From UHGV virus genome UHGV-0286546: a stretch of 64,000 nt of DNA. The stretch is one strand, 5' to 3'. The notes beneath the pieces are model-generated. The model was not told the DNA's origin. It worked only from the letters and a program-made list of their open reading frames with translations, and ran no database searches. Both the position numbers and the translations under genes were made by a program. Each line of letters begins with the position of its first letter. The stretch's first letter is position 1. Positions 10,750 through 20,636 of this stretch are shown here, piece after piece. This DNA is from a virus.

Positions 10750-11454
10750 TTAACCTTGACCCGGCTGAGTAGGTGTTGGACCACCAGGGCCTGGATTATA
10801 TTGGTGTGTATGCGTGGATAAATTAACAGCACCACTTTTAGCACTAACTTCGCCATCCGCTGTCACATTTCCACCTACTTTTAAATTTCCTGTTATTTCG
10901 TTATTTGGACATTCTACTCTTGTTGAATTAGCCTTTACATTGGCATTTGTACATTCAACGGATATATTAGTACATTTTATAGTGATATTCGTAGCAATAT
11001 TGGCATTTATATTTTTCACTTTATCAATATTTATGTCACCATCGAATAACATTTGGAATAATTTTTGGACTTTATCTATACCTATAAATTGCCCGTCTGT
11101 TCGATATACTCCATAAGTATTCAAATAAGACTCTCCGGAAGGCGTCTGGTTAGTCTTTTTATAAATACAACCTAGATATAGTAAAGAATTAAAATCGTCT
11201 CCTACGGCCAAAATAAGTACCTTAGAACCAACCTCCGGAATCTTATGTGATAAATCAGCAGAATCACTCATTCCCATGAAGGCGGTATCTACTCTTGCTG
11301 CCCACGGTAATTGTTCAGTTGTAATAGAAGAAGGGTGTAACTCATTAATACGTACTTTTACTCTATAATTGAAGGTAGGATCATTGTTATCTTCAACAGT
11401 CCCAATAAAGAGAGGATTTGATATTTTTTTATTTATAGTAGAGTAACCTTGCAT
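10750..11454 (-). CDS. Baseplate central spike protein (gpV/gp5-like) with HxH apex motif and Gly/Pro-rich tip
   Basis: 234 aa. The C-terminal beta-strand-like run (NLKVGGNVTADGEVSAKSGAVNLSTHTHQYNPGPGGPTPTQPGQG) includes THTH, matching the metal-binding HxH apex of P2 gpV-type spikes. Lies immediately downstream of the putative hub gene. Confidence 0.55.
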   Translation of the reverse strand: MQGYSTINKKISNPLFIGTVEDNNDPTFNYRVKVRINELHPSSITTEQLPWAARVDTAFMGMSDSADLSHKIPEVGSKVLILAVGDDFNSLLYLGCIYKKTNQTPSGESYLNTYGVYRTDGQFIGIDKVQKLFQMLFDGDINIDKVKNINANIATNITIKCTNISVECTNANVKANSTRVECPNNEITGNLKVGGNVTADGEVSAKSGAVNLSTHTHQYNPGPGGPTPTQPGQG

Positions 11455-12603
11455 TTAGTATGTATCTCTCGTTTTACCTTTACTATTTAATCCTTGCATA
11501 ACCATCTCAACATTAGCAGTGATTGCGCCTGGATTCATCGTAATATGTATAGCATCAATTATATATGTACCTGATAACGCCATAAGTTTATTTGTTTTAT
11601 CTTGTGCATCTAAATATTCAAAGTTTACAATCTGTCCTAATCTATATGGCTGGAAAAATTGACTCTGGACTGTTACATAAGATGAATAAGTTGCTAATAC
11701 ACGTTTGTTTTGTTTATAGGCATTATAATAATTAGAATGAAAATTACCAACATCAAAAGGATACCAATCTTGACTTAATCCTTGTGATAATTCTTTTGAT
11801 ATATTAATAAGATTACTTTCTGCAACTACTTTTCTTGATGCAGGCTCTTTCCAAGAATAAGTCAATACATCAAAATATAAATCTGTACCGCCATAACCTT
11901 CGTTTTTAAGATTATTTGTACCAGATTGAATAGAAGCAGCCGTCGATGTATATCCAAATTGTTTTGTTTTTAAATTTGGTGTCGGAGACTGTACAAAAGT
12001 ATAAACATTCGAGTGTCTGTCTCTAAATAATGAAGTAAGATTTTTATAGAGAAGAGTTTTATATCTATCTATACACCAAAACATACCAGAAGTTTCATTT
12101 ACATATCCATATTGAGTCATATAATTGAAAAATTGATATGTATTTCTATTTCCAGCTACCCACAATTGTAAATCATTAGTTTGATCGATTTCTGCTTTCA
12201 AATTACTATTTGCTGCAATTGTCTTAAACACTTCACTTGATAATGCATATCGATTAAAATTATTTACTTGTCTATAACCTTGAAAATAATCTAATACTCC
12301 TTCAATATGTAGCATTACAAATTTTTGACTTAATTCTAAACGTCTTACATTATAGATACGGAAAGGATATGTATCGTTAATACCCCAAAGCTTAGCGATT
12401 ATTTGGAATTTAATTTGTGTACCATCAACAATCGTTTTATAGTCAAAAGCATTAATAGGTATAGATATTTCTAATTCACAGGTAGGAATAGATCGCATTA
12501 TAGATTCGTAAATGTCAGCTTTAGCCAGTACTACGCCTTTGCTTTTTAAAATATCTGTTCCTTCAATGAGGATTTTTAAATCGTATGTACTTTGAATTTC
12601 CAT
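11455..12603 (-). CDS. Putative baseplate hub protein (382 aa)
   Basis: Stop/start abuts the spike gene. Sits between the tape-measure region and the spike, as hub proteins (gp27/gpD-like) do. Synteny only. Confidence 0.35.
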   Translation of the reverse strand: MEIQSTYDLKILIEGTDILKSKGVVLAKADIYESIMRSIPTCELEISIPINAFDYKTIVDGTQIKFQIIAKLWGINDTYPFRIYNVRRLELSQKFVMLHIEGVLDYFQGYRQVNNFNRYALSSEVFKTIAANSNLKAEIDQTNDLQLWVAGNRNTYQFFNYMTQYGYVNETSGMFWCIDRYKTLLYKNLTSLFRDRHSNVYTFVQSPTPNLKTKQFGYTSTAASIQSGTNNLKNEGYGGTDLYFDVLTYSWKEPASRKVVAESNLINISKELSQGLSQDWYPFDVGNFHSNYYNAYKQNKRVLATYSSYVTVQSQFFQPYRLGQIVNFEYLDAQDKTNKLMALSGTYIIDAIHITMNPGAITANVEMVMQGLNSKGKTRDTY

Positions 12604-13004
12604 TAGTTTAATTCTATTACTGAACCTATACGAGTTTCGTCTTGCGCACCTTGATTGTTATTGTTATTAGAATCTTCAATAAATCCATCAATACTATCTT
12701 GTTGTGCAATTTGATATACCCAATTCTCTTTGAACTGAGTAAAAGGATCTTCAATTCCATTAAGAAAAAGTATCCACCACCAATATTCTGTACTTCCTAA
12801 TCTACTATTTTTTGCTACTAATTCTGGATAGTCTTGTTCGTGATTAGAAACTAAATAATTCTGGTCATAGTTTATTTTAATTGTACTTTCATTAAAGCCA
12901 GTAAATAAGTTCATTAACCCTTTATTTAAATCTGTTACCGCTATACCATTATTATCAATACAAGTAGCTGAAAAAAACGAATCAAATTTTGTTGTATTAG
13001 CCAT
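12603..13004 (-). CDS. Hypothetical tail/baseplate assembly protein (133 aa)
   Basis: Complete ORF overlapping the next gene by 1 nt. No recognisable motif. Confidence 0.3.
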   Translation of the reverse strand: MANTTKFDSFFSATCIDNNGIAVTDLNKGLMNLFTGFNESTIKINYDQNYLVSNHEQDYPELVAKNSRLGSTEYWWWILFLNGIEDPFTQFKENWVYQIAQQDSIDGFIEDSNNNNNQGAQDETRIGSVIELN

Positions 13005-13013
13005 TATTCACCT

Positions 13014-14024
13014 CTATTCTTTTTTCTCAGTTTTATCAACAGGAAGGAAATCAGCAACATCTATTTCACCATATCCCATATTAGATTGTCGCTTATTCCA
13101 TAACATATTTGAATAAGTATCTGCAGTCATTGCTTCGATTGTTGATATGTTTATTGTAACATTAGCTAATAAAGGAACCAAATATGAATTTCCAGAATCA
13201 CCAGGACGGATATGATTAGGATAGGTATGTCTAATCATTGTTTTTGTATTAGGATATTCTACACTTATGCTTTCAACAATACAGTTATCTACAATTAATA
13301 TACCTCCTAACTGTAAAAGAATATGAGCATAGTTCGTACGTAAATTTAATTTTTCTTGGCCATCATATTTAATAGAAACATTTAGCGGAGAAGGAGGAGG
13401 ACTATAAAAACCTAATGCGCCAACTTGTTTAGGCAAACACAAACTACCGAGAAATTCTAATGCTTCAACAAAGTTAGTGTTTTTACCGGTAGCATCTTTT
13501 TGTAATTCATAACCGTCGTCGATAACAGGAATACGTAAAGATAAACGTAAAGGCTCTGTTCCTGCCCATACTTTTAATGTGGTTGCTCGGTTAACGGAAC
13601 CAATAGCATCTGTACCACCGGTGTATGTGCCGCTTACCATCTGCATAACACCATTTACTAGGTTACCACCACTAAATGAGCTTAAAGGCATTTCCCATTT
13701 TGAACCGATATTATATGAAAATTGTTCTGGGAGATTTGCTGAAATAAGATAAGTGTCAAAATTCTTAATATCAGTATGCCCATACATATTTGAAAAATCA
13801 GAAATATACAAGCGGGTCTGATGAAACTTTCTTAAATGCTTATTTGTAACTTGATCATTATCAGCCAAACCGATATCAGAGAAATCTAAAGATTTATGTC
13901 TAGCAGCATTACGACTAACATTAGAATAAACCTCTTTTGAGCTTATATTATTTATAATATTATCTACAGTATTTTTTATACTAGCTTTTGTTTCTGCGAT
14001 AGTTGATATAGCATAATTGGCCAT
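13014..14024 (-). CDS. Hypothetical tail/baseplate protein (336 aa)
   Basis: Co-oriented ORF in the tail module between the lipoprotein and the hub region. No motif recognised. Confidence 0.3.
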   Translation of the reverse strand: MANYAISTIAETKASIKNTVDNIINNISSKEVYSNVSRNAARHKSLDFSDIGLADNDQVTNKHLRKFHQTRLYISDFSNMYGHTDIKNFDTYLISANLPEQFSYNIGSKWEMPLSSFSGGNLVNGVMQMVSGTYTGGTDAIGSVNRATTLKVWAGTEPLRLSLRIPVIDDGYELQKDATGKNTNFVEALEFLGSLCLPKQVGALGFYSPPPSPLNVSIKYDGQEKLNLRTNYAHILLQLGGILIVDNCIVESISVEYPNTKTMIRHTYPNHIRPGDSGNSYLVPLLANVTINISTIEAMTADTYSNMLWNKRQSNMGYGEIDVADFLPVDKTEKKE

Positions 14025-14029
14025 TTGTT

Positions 14030-14599
14030 CTAATACATCCGTTTAATTTTAATTCTTTTTATGATACGTGGAATATAGACATCATCAAAATCTGTAATAT
14101 CCACGGTTTCTCGTTTAAAGGTTTCAAAGGCTGATCTAGAAGTAAACATTGGTACAAAGCCTTCTTCTTCAATATACGGTGTAACCAATTCATGTTTATT
14201 TCTATCTACTGCAATCGAATATCCTGTTTGTAATTTATAATAAAAATCTCCGTCTTTAACACCATCCGAATAAATATAATAATTATACACACTCGGAGCT
14301 GACCCGGTACTTCCATCTACACCACAGTTTCTAATATATCCGGTATCAGAACTATCAAGCAACTCTCTGTTTTTCTTATCTTTTACAAACTTTTTACAAT
14401 CCGAATGAGACTCGAACCAAATTTTTGTATGATCTGCTTCAAACGTTTGACCACCTGAATCCTGCATCTGCCAAACTTGTTCCCTAGTACAGCTCAAACC
14501 ATCAATATTATACTTACATTTAGAACTTGTATCAATATCTTGATGTAAACTTGCACAACCTGATAACAATAACATACAAGCAATAACTAACTTTTTCAT
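14030..14599 (-). CDS. Lipoprotein (signal peptide plus lipobox LLSGC), 189 aa
   Basis: N-terminus MKKLVIACMLLLSGCASL has a basic n-region, a hydrophobic core and an L-S-G-C lipobox. The mature protein has 5 further Cys. Confidence 0.6.
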   Translation of the reverse strand: MKKLVIACMLLLSGCASLHQDIDTSSKCKYNIDGLSCTREQVWQMQDSGGQTFEADHTKIWFESHSDCKKFVKDKKNRELLDSSDTGYIRNCGVDGSTGSAPSVYNYYIYSDGVKDGDFYYKLQTGYSIAVDRNKHELVTPYIEEEGFVPMFTSRSAFETFKRETVDITDFDDVYIPRIIKRIKIKRMY

Positions 14600-14664
14600 G
14601 ACAAACCTCCTATTTAATCTTTATAATTATATTGTGTCATGTTTAGCTATGTATGTAAAACAGT

Positions 14665-17022
14665 TTATGAATACATTAAAGTTTGAGCAAAATCACCAAC
14701 AGGATAAATATCTTTTTCGTTACCAGAAGTAGTAATGTTATTAATAATCGTCGGTGCAGCATTTCCAGAGAATCCACCAGAACTACCTATAGAAGCTGTA
14801 ACTTGTGCATTCTGATTATCCATTCCACTTAATTCTATAGCTTTCATACTATTTAGTTGAGCCATTTGATCACTGCTTCTTTCTTCATTTGATGCTACTT
14901 TAGTAGTTTTAATCGATTCTTGTGGATTTTCTGCATATTTACCGTTAATCATAGTAGCAACTCTTCCTTGTTTTGGCGCATTTTCATCATATTCTACATG
15001 CAACCATTGTGTACTACCAGATCTTTCTGCGATTGCTCTACTAAAAGGAATACCGTTATTCTGCATAATTTGGATTAAACCGTTCGGAGAAATACCATTA
15101 GCCTGAATATCCATAGCTTTACCGGTCAAGTGTCTAGATCGTTTTGCACCACCTACAGCTCTATTATAATCAGGGTCACGATAAGAACTTGTAATTCTCA
15201 ATCCTTTATCGTCACCATACTCTTGTTTAATAGCGGTTTGTAAAGGATTAATTACATTAGATTTAACGGCGTCTATATTATTTTGAATTTGTCCTGGAAT
15301 ACGTTTATTTCTACTAATTGAGGCATTTAAAGGTACATCGCCTTCTGCAACATTTGTATTAGGACCAACGGGCTGTCCTTGTATAACTTCACCACCACGA
15401 GCTTCTTCTTTTGTCCAAGCAGGAAATTCTCTTTTCTTTGGTCTAACTTTACCCTTTCTATATTGAGGTTCTGTATTTTCTTGTGTTATTGGTAATGGTT
15501 TTGCTAATGCTGCAGATTTAGCCATCGTTTCTTTGCGTTCGGCTTCAGTCATTCCACCAGATAAAACATATGCCAAATCACCTACTTTGTCTCCAATCCA
15601 ATCTCCAGCGACAGCAGCCATTTTAGAAGGATTAAGCCAATCCCAACCTCCCCAATTCTTTTTATAACCTTCTACAGTATTAGATACACCGTCCGTTATA
15701 AAATCTTTAAGAACTGAACCGGTTTGTATTAATGATCCAAGCGCTCCGGCAGCTTTGGCAGCAACTTTAGCAACATTTCCAACCCCAGTACCTAAAAAAT
15801 TTTTAATACCAGAAAACAGTCCTTTACTTAAATTTGTAATACTTGGAACAAAGCCTTTAAATACTTGTAATATTTTTAATGGTAATCCTTTAAATATATT
15901 TAAAATCTGAGTTGGTAACTTAATAAAAGATTTTAATGCAGTTGAACCCATATTCCATAATTTTTTACCGAATACTTTTATCAAAGCTAATGTGGACAAC
16001 AATTTAGTCAAAAAGCTTTCTTCATCCTTTTTTTCTTCAGGTAAGCCTTGCTTTATATCTTTTTTATTTTTTATAGCATCTGCAATTATTTTTACATTAG
16101 CAACGAGTTCTTTTAATTCTGTATTTTCAGTTGCAGAAGAGGTTTTACCAGCTGTTTTTTTATTTATACCAAAGGCCTTATCTAAAAGTTTATTCTTAAT
16201 ACCACCAAAAACACCACCTAATAAACCTGTAAATAATTTATCTAAACCTAAAGCATTAATAACAGCAGGATTTAAAATACCACCTGTAGCTAAAGATAAT
16301 GCAGTACTAGCAACAAACCCACCTTTAGCTTCTTTTATACCTCTAACTGTACTACCAAGCGTACTATTTTCCCATTCAGCTTTTCTTAATTCTTTATTTA
16401 TTCTAATCTCTTTTAATCTTGTTTCTTTATCATAATTTTGTAGATCTTTGCTGCTTTTATATAGATTTAATTGACTTCTAATAAGACTTATTTCTTTTGC
16501 TTGTCTAGATAATTGTTTATCAGACATTTTAGAAACGCCTCGATAATTAACAAATAAATCTTTTGATACCATCTGTGAAAATTCTTTGATGGTTTTATCA
16601 TTTTTATTGTTTTTTAAGCGTTTAACAAGTTCACTTATCGATTTTATAGAAGTTTCTTGAGCTTTTGCCAGTGCTTCTATAGATTTTTGTAGTTTTACGT
16701 CTACTTTTGCGCGTTCTGTTACTTCGACTTTGGTTTCTGAACCTGCAACTGGCTTAAAATCGAGACTATTTAATTTTTTTGTTAAATCATTGATACCAGA
16801 GGTAAGTTTTTTTAAATCACTGCTACTACTTTTTGTATCTTTGAGTGATTTATCTAGCTTTTCAATAACAGAAGTTTGTTTTTTAGTAGCTTTTTTTTGT
16901 TCCTGAGTCTGTTTTGTAAGCTCAGTAATAGCAGAAGACAAGGAGCCTAACTGTTCCTTTAAGTCAGGCTCTTTATCTGGTACATTAATCTCAGTTTTAT
17001 CCGAATTTATTGTATTTTTCAT
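14665..17022 (-). CDS. Tail tape-measure protein with C-terminal peptidase M15 (VanY/Hedgehog-type zinc D,D-peptidase) domain
   Basis: 785 aa. Coiled-coil, K/E-rich N-terminal half. A Gly-rich hydrophobic segment (GGFVASTALSLATGGILNPAVINALGL...GLLGGVFGGI) typical of tape-measure proteins. The C-terminal segment SSYRDPDYNRAVGGAKRSRHLTGKAMDI...WLHVEYD matches the SxHxxGxAxD / H metal-binding signature of the peptidase M15 family. Confidence 0.7.
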   Translation of the reverse strand: MKNTINSDKTEINVPDKEPDLKEQLGSLSSAITELTKQTQEQKKATKKQTSVIEKLDKSLKDTKSSSSDLKKLTSGINDLTKKLNSLDFKPVAGSETKVEVTERAKVDVKLQKSIEALAKAQETSIKSISELVKRLKNNKNDKTIKEFSQMVSKDLFVNYRGVSKMSDKQLSRQAKEISLIRSQLNLYKSSKDLQNYDKETRLKEIRINKELRKAEWENSTLGSTVRGIKEAKGGFVASTALSLATGGILNPAVINALGLDKLFTGLLGGVFGGIKNKLLDKAFGINKKTAGKTSSATENTELKELVANVKIIADAIKNKKDIKQGLPEEKKDEESFLTKLLSTLALIKVFGKKLWNMGSTALKSFIKLPTQILNIFKGLPLKILQVFKGFVPSITNLSKGLFSGIKNFLGTGVGNVAKVAAKAAGALGSLIQTGSVLKDFITDGVSNTVEGYKKNWGGWDWLNPSKMAAVAGDWIGDKVGDLAYVLSGGMTEAERKETMAKSAALAKPLPITQENTEPQYRKGKVRPKKREFPAWTKEEARGGEVIQGQPVGPNTNVAEGDVPLNASISRNKRIPGQIQNNIDAVKSNVINPLQTAIKQEYGDDKGLRITSSYRDPDYNRAVGGAKRSRHLTGKAMDIQANGISPNGLIQIMQNNGIPFSRAIAERSGSTQWLHVEYDENAPKQGRVATMINGKYAENPQESIKTTKVASNEERSSDQMAQLNSMKAIELSGMDNQNAQVTASIGSSGGFSGNAAPTIINNITTSGNEKDIYPVGDFAQTLMYS

Positions 17023-17168
17023 TCTGTTCTTGCTCTATATCAATTAAATGTTGCGTATGCCTATTATAAAACCACTCTACATATTCCCAAGGCATGTTTG
17101 CAACATCCTGATATCCTAGCTTCAAGTGATACATTAACCACCACTCTCGTTCTAGAATATCATTTATA

Positions 17169-17900
17169 TCAAATCGCGGAAAAAAAGTCTTCTAGGGTCA
17201 AATAATAGCCTCTAGATTCCTCCTTTCCACACTTAGGACATGTAATTTTGATTTCCTCTTTAACACCCCAAACAGCTTTAGTAAACCATTCTTCGATTGC
17301 AGTAATATCCGCAGCAGTAATTTCATCCTCTTCTGCTAATTTATACATTTCTTCCAAAGATTTACCATTAGAGACAATGCACAAATCTAATAACAACAAT
17401 CTAAGCTGAAGATCTGTCTTATCCATACCATGTTTAGCCATAAAATTATCAATGACTAAATCGTCTCCGACTGTTTTATTACGAATTTCTGTTGTACCTA
17501 ATTTTTCTAATTCAATTTCAGTGATTAAACCTTCAATATCATCTGGTGTATAAATTGCTAAGTCACCCATATTTAAAGCAAACTTAACTTCTTCGCCACA
17601 TTCTTCATTTGTACACTTAAATCTCAATCTAATCGGATATTTAGAATATGTAACAAATCTAATACGATATAAGATATACTGTAAATCAAACCAGAATAAC
17701 TCTTCGAATGTCATCTCTGGATTATCAAATGTAACCAACTTCTTAATAAAGTTCAGATAATCTCGACTCGAATCCTGTTCTTTCTGTGCAAGTGAAATAA
17801 TATACTTCTGTTCAATTGGAGTAATCTTTCTAATACTTACACTGAAAGGTTTTTTATATAAAATTTTTCCTGGTAAATCAATAGCTATATATTCTGCCAT
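17169..17900 (-). CDS. Hypothetical protein with two CxxC pairs (zinc-ribbon-like), possible tail assembly chaperone
   Basis: 243 aa with CTNEECGEE and CPKCGKEE motifs ~110 aa apart. Lies immediately upstream of the tape-measure gene, where tail chaperones usually sit. A 146-bp gap with no annotated ORF follows (17023-17168). Confidence 0.35.
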   Translation of the reverse strand: MAEYIAIDLPGKILYKKPFSVSIRKITPIEQKYIISLAQKEQDSSRDYLNFIKKLVTFDNPEMTFEELFWFDLQYILYRIRFVTYSKYPIRLRFKCTNEECGEEVKFALNMGDLAIYTPDDIEGLITEIELEKLGTTEIRNKTVGDDLVIDNFMAKHGMDKTDLQLRLLLLDLCIVSNGKSLEEMYKLAEEDEITAADITAIEEWFTKAVWGVKEEIKITCPKCGKEESRGYYLTLEDFFSAI

Positions 17901-17920
17901 TTTTCTTTTCTCCTTTTTTA

Positions 17921-18649
17921 TTAACCGTAAACATCAGTTGAATCATAGCCATTGTCACCTTTTCCGGTAAAGCCTGTTATGATTCTATCTCCAACACTCA
18001 TCGGAGATCCAACAAGCTCCATAGCAATAGCTTTATTCTTCATTGCCGAATCGAATATAACTTTATCCATTTTAAACTTTGCTGTTAAAGTTAATCTTTT
18101 TGGATCCATTGTATATTCTAATTTATAACTATCCTGTAAATATGGAAAACATCCTTTTAATGTATAATGCGCAGTACTTGTCCACGGAGTATTAACACCA
18201 CCAGGACCTGTAAAGTAAATCTCAATATCCTTTTTATAAAACTTCATCGGATAATAATATTCACCTTCATCATTAAAAATCAACTTTTTCCATGATTCAA
18301 GATAATACTGTGTCAACATACCGGATGAACAGAAAAAAGTAATAGAAACATCTTGATAATTCTGTATATCATCTGGAATATTACACCAACCGGTACGTAC
18401 TCGTCTTGTACTAGTTCCAAAGTTTCTAACTCCAAAAACTATATTTTCAACAATAGGAGTATATGCACTAAATGCATTAGATATACCACCAGATATATTA
18501 TTCCATGCTCCTTTTAAACTTGTCCAATCATTATCGGTATTTTGATAGGTATTGTTTAAGTATAAAGTAGGCATAACAACTTCAAAATTATTATTAAGCT
18601 GTTCGTCCGGAATACTATCTACTTGTAACTGACTTTGAAAACGAAGCAT
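17921..18649 (-). CDS. Hypothetical tail protein (242 aa)
   Basis: Co-oriented complete ORF in the tail region. No motif. Confidence 0.3.
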   Translation of the reverse strand: MLRFQSQLQVDSIPDEQLNNNFEVVMPTLYLNNTYQNTDNDWTSLKGAWNNISGGISNAFSAYTPIVENIVFGVRNFGTSTRRVRTGWCNIPDDIQNYQDVSITFFCSSGMLTQYYLESWKKLIFNDEGEYYYPMKFYKKDIEIYFTGPGGVNTPWTSTAHYTLKGCFPYLQDSYKLEYTMDPKRLTLTAKFKMDKVIFDSAMKNKAIAMELVGSPMSVGDRIITGFTGKGDNGYDSTDVYG

Positions 18650-18660
18650 ATTATTACCTT

Positions 18661-19272
18661 CTAACTGAATAACCTAAAAATTGAATACGAATTATCAGCA
18701 AAGTAATCATAATTAAAATCTATATCTACTGATACTGGTTCAGAGCTACTAGGATTAATTGTACTTACTTTATACCCAATCGGATAGAACCCTTTTAACC
18801 AAATAGTACGTTTATCTAATTCTTTTCCTGTATATGGATCTCTTACACCTCCGCCCATAATAACTTGAGCATCTGTAACATAGGCAGTTCTTGGTACACG
18901 TGTTCCTAAAATTGGACTATGAATTAAATCACACCACGCACAAATAATATTCAATACACTACCTTCAAAATCTTCTGTAACTTGACAATGCCATGTACCA
19001 GATTTGTCTTGTATTGTACCGCTTGTTCTTTTATGTGTACCTAAAACCAATTCACTTTTTTTTATTTGAGAACCAGGATAAGAAAAGGATGTACAGCGTA
19101 AACGTAAAGTCAACGCATCTGCCACTTTTTCATTACCAGATATTTTACCCGCTACTTTCTGTGTTAATTTAGCTAACAATAAACCTGGGGTATCTGATAT
19201 TATAAATTCAACTTGAGATTGCTTTAAAGGATCTTGTAATCCACGTATCTCGCTTAACTGTCGTAATGCCAT
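18661..19272 (-). CDS. Hypothetical tail protein, possible tail tube (203 aa)
   Basis: Size and position (upstream of the chaperone-position genes and the tape measure) are compatible with a tube protein. No sequence-level confirmation. Confidence 0.3.
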   Translation of the reverse strand: MALRQLSEIRGLQDPLKQSQVEFIISDTPGLLLAKLTQKVAGKISGNEKVADALTLRLRCTSFSYPGSQIKKSELVLGTHKRTSGTIQDKSGTWHCQVTEDFEGSVLNIICAWCDLIHSPILGTRVPRTAYVTDAQVIMGGGVRDPYTGKELDKRTIWLKGFYPIGYKVSTINPSSSEPVSVDIDFNYDYFADNSYSIFRLFS

Positions 19273-19360
19273 ATTATATATAAATAAAAAGGGAAAGATT
19301 ACTAAATATATACTTACTATTTAGAACTAATTCCCTCTATAACAAGCAAAATAAATAAAA

Positions 19361-19726
19361 TTAAATTATATAAGGCAAATACCAATCATACTTAGAATAA
19401 AGTTTTGCTAATTGCTTTATATTTGTACATTTTCGATAGTCATTAAAAATTTTTTTGTTTATTATATCTACATCAGCATAAGCGTATTGACCTGTTATAC
19501 GAATTAATGCATAACGCTTTTCTTTTATAAACAATTTAAATTCTGGATCTTTTTCATACTCGATGTCTATAAATTGCTCATCACTAGAAAAAATGGTGTA
19601 CTTAGGAAAACCATACATTTTCGATATATCACTCACTTCTTCTAATTCTTCACCGTCTTCAAAAAATACTTTAACATAAAAACACTTGTGATATTGATAT
19701 ATTGCAGATTTATTAACTTTGGCCAC
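19361..19726 (-). CDS. Hypothetical protein (121 aa)
   Basis: Complete ORF. No motif. Confidence 0.3.
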   Translation of the reverse strand: MAKVNKSAIYQYHKCFYVKVFFEDGEELEEVSDISKMYGFPKYTIFSSDEQFIDIEYEKDPEFKLFIKEKRYALIRITGQYAYADVDIINKKIFNDYRKCTNIKQLAKLYSKYDWYLPYII

Positions 19727-19810
19727 GCTCTGCTCCTTTTCTCTACGTAATAAAAAATCCTACACTTTATTATGCAGGATTTTAATTTATTGTAAAGACA
19801 TTATTTTCAA

Positions 19811-20617
19811 TTATGACCACTGAGCTTGATGTAATATACTGTGATTCTGTATACTTTCAACCTGTTCAGTTAATTTTTCAAGTCTACGCTGTAAAGCCTC
19901 AGTATGAATTTTGAAATCACCATCAAATTCTACACCATCACGAGCTTGAATAATGGACTCGATAAATCTCTTAGAAATAAACTTACATAAAAAGTCTACT
20001 TTACTCATTTCGACATATTCTGGTGATGTAAATCCGATTGCGCCTTCTAACTCAATCTGACCAAAACCAAATGGCGCCAATATTTCTAATCTATTCTGCG
20101 ATCTATTTACCCAACATCTAGGCTGACCTGTAGAAAGATCGTCCATCGTATTACTTAAAATCGTATCCATAATGTTGTAATTACTAAATCCTGCAGAACC
20201 AGTAATCTGAAAACCAAACATCTGTTTCTCGAATAATGATGGATTAGAGTAATTCGACCAGTATGGACGCTCTGCTCTAATGATACCAAGGAAGTAGGCG
20301 TTTTTTAGTTGATCTTCTGGTATTTTTGGAGAGCCACCTGTGAGGAAGGTATCGAAGGGAATATACATACCTCCGTTATCGAGCATTGGAGGAGTAAGAC
20401 CTGCCCAGTCGAAGCTTGTTTTACCACCGCCGGAAGAGTTATAGGTAGTGCAATAGACGACTCTGAGAGGGAAGGACCTAAAGTAATCGAGGGTACCGAG
20501 TGCAATGGCATCTTCTTTGAGTAAGCCTTCTTTATCGGAAATAGACAGGTTAGGATTAGCAAGGTCTAAATTGATTGCTCTGTCTATGATTTCTCGGATT
20601 GGAGTGAAGTTTGCCAT
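19811..20617 (-). CDS. Hypothetical virion/tail protein (268 aa)
   Basis: Complete ORF in the structural block. The overlapping small ORFs on both strands (20305-20562, 20309-20524) are considered spurious. Confidence 0.3.
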   Translation of the reverse strand: MANFTPIREIIDRAINLDLANPNLSISDKEGLLKEDAIALGTLDYFRSFPLRVVYCTTYNSSGGGKTSFDWAGLTPPMLDNGGMYIPFDTFLTGGSPKIPEDQLKNAYFLGIIRAERPYWSNYSNPSLFEKQMFGFQITGSAGFSNYNIMDTILSNTMDDLSTGQPRCWVNRSQNRLEILAPFGFGQIELEGAIGFTSPEYVEMSKVDFLCKFISKRFIESIIQARDGVEFDGDFKIHTEALQRRLEKLTEQVESIQNHSILHQAQWS

Positions 20618-20636
20618 ATCATGTTTTCCTTAATTA

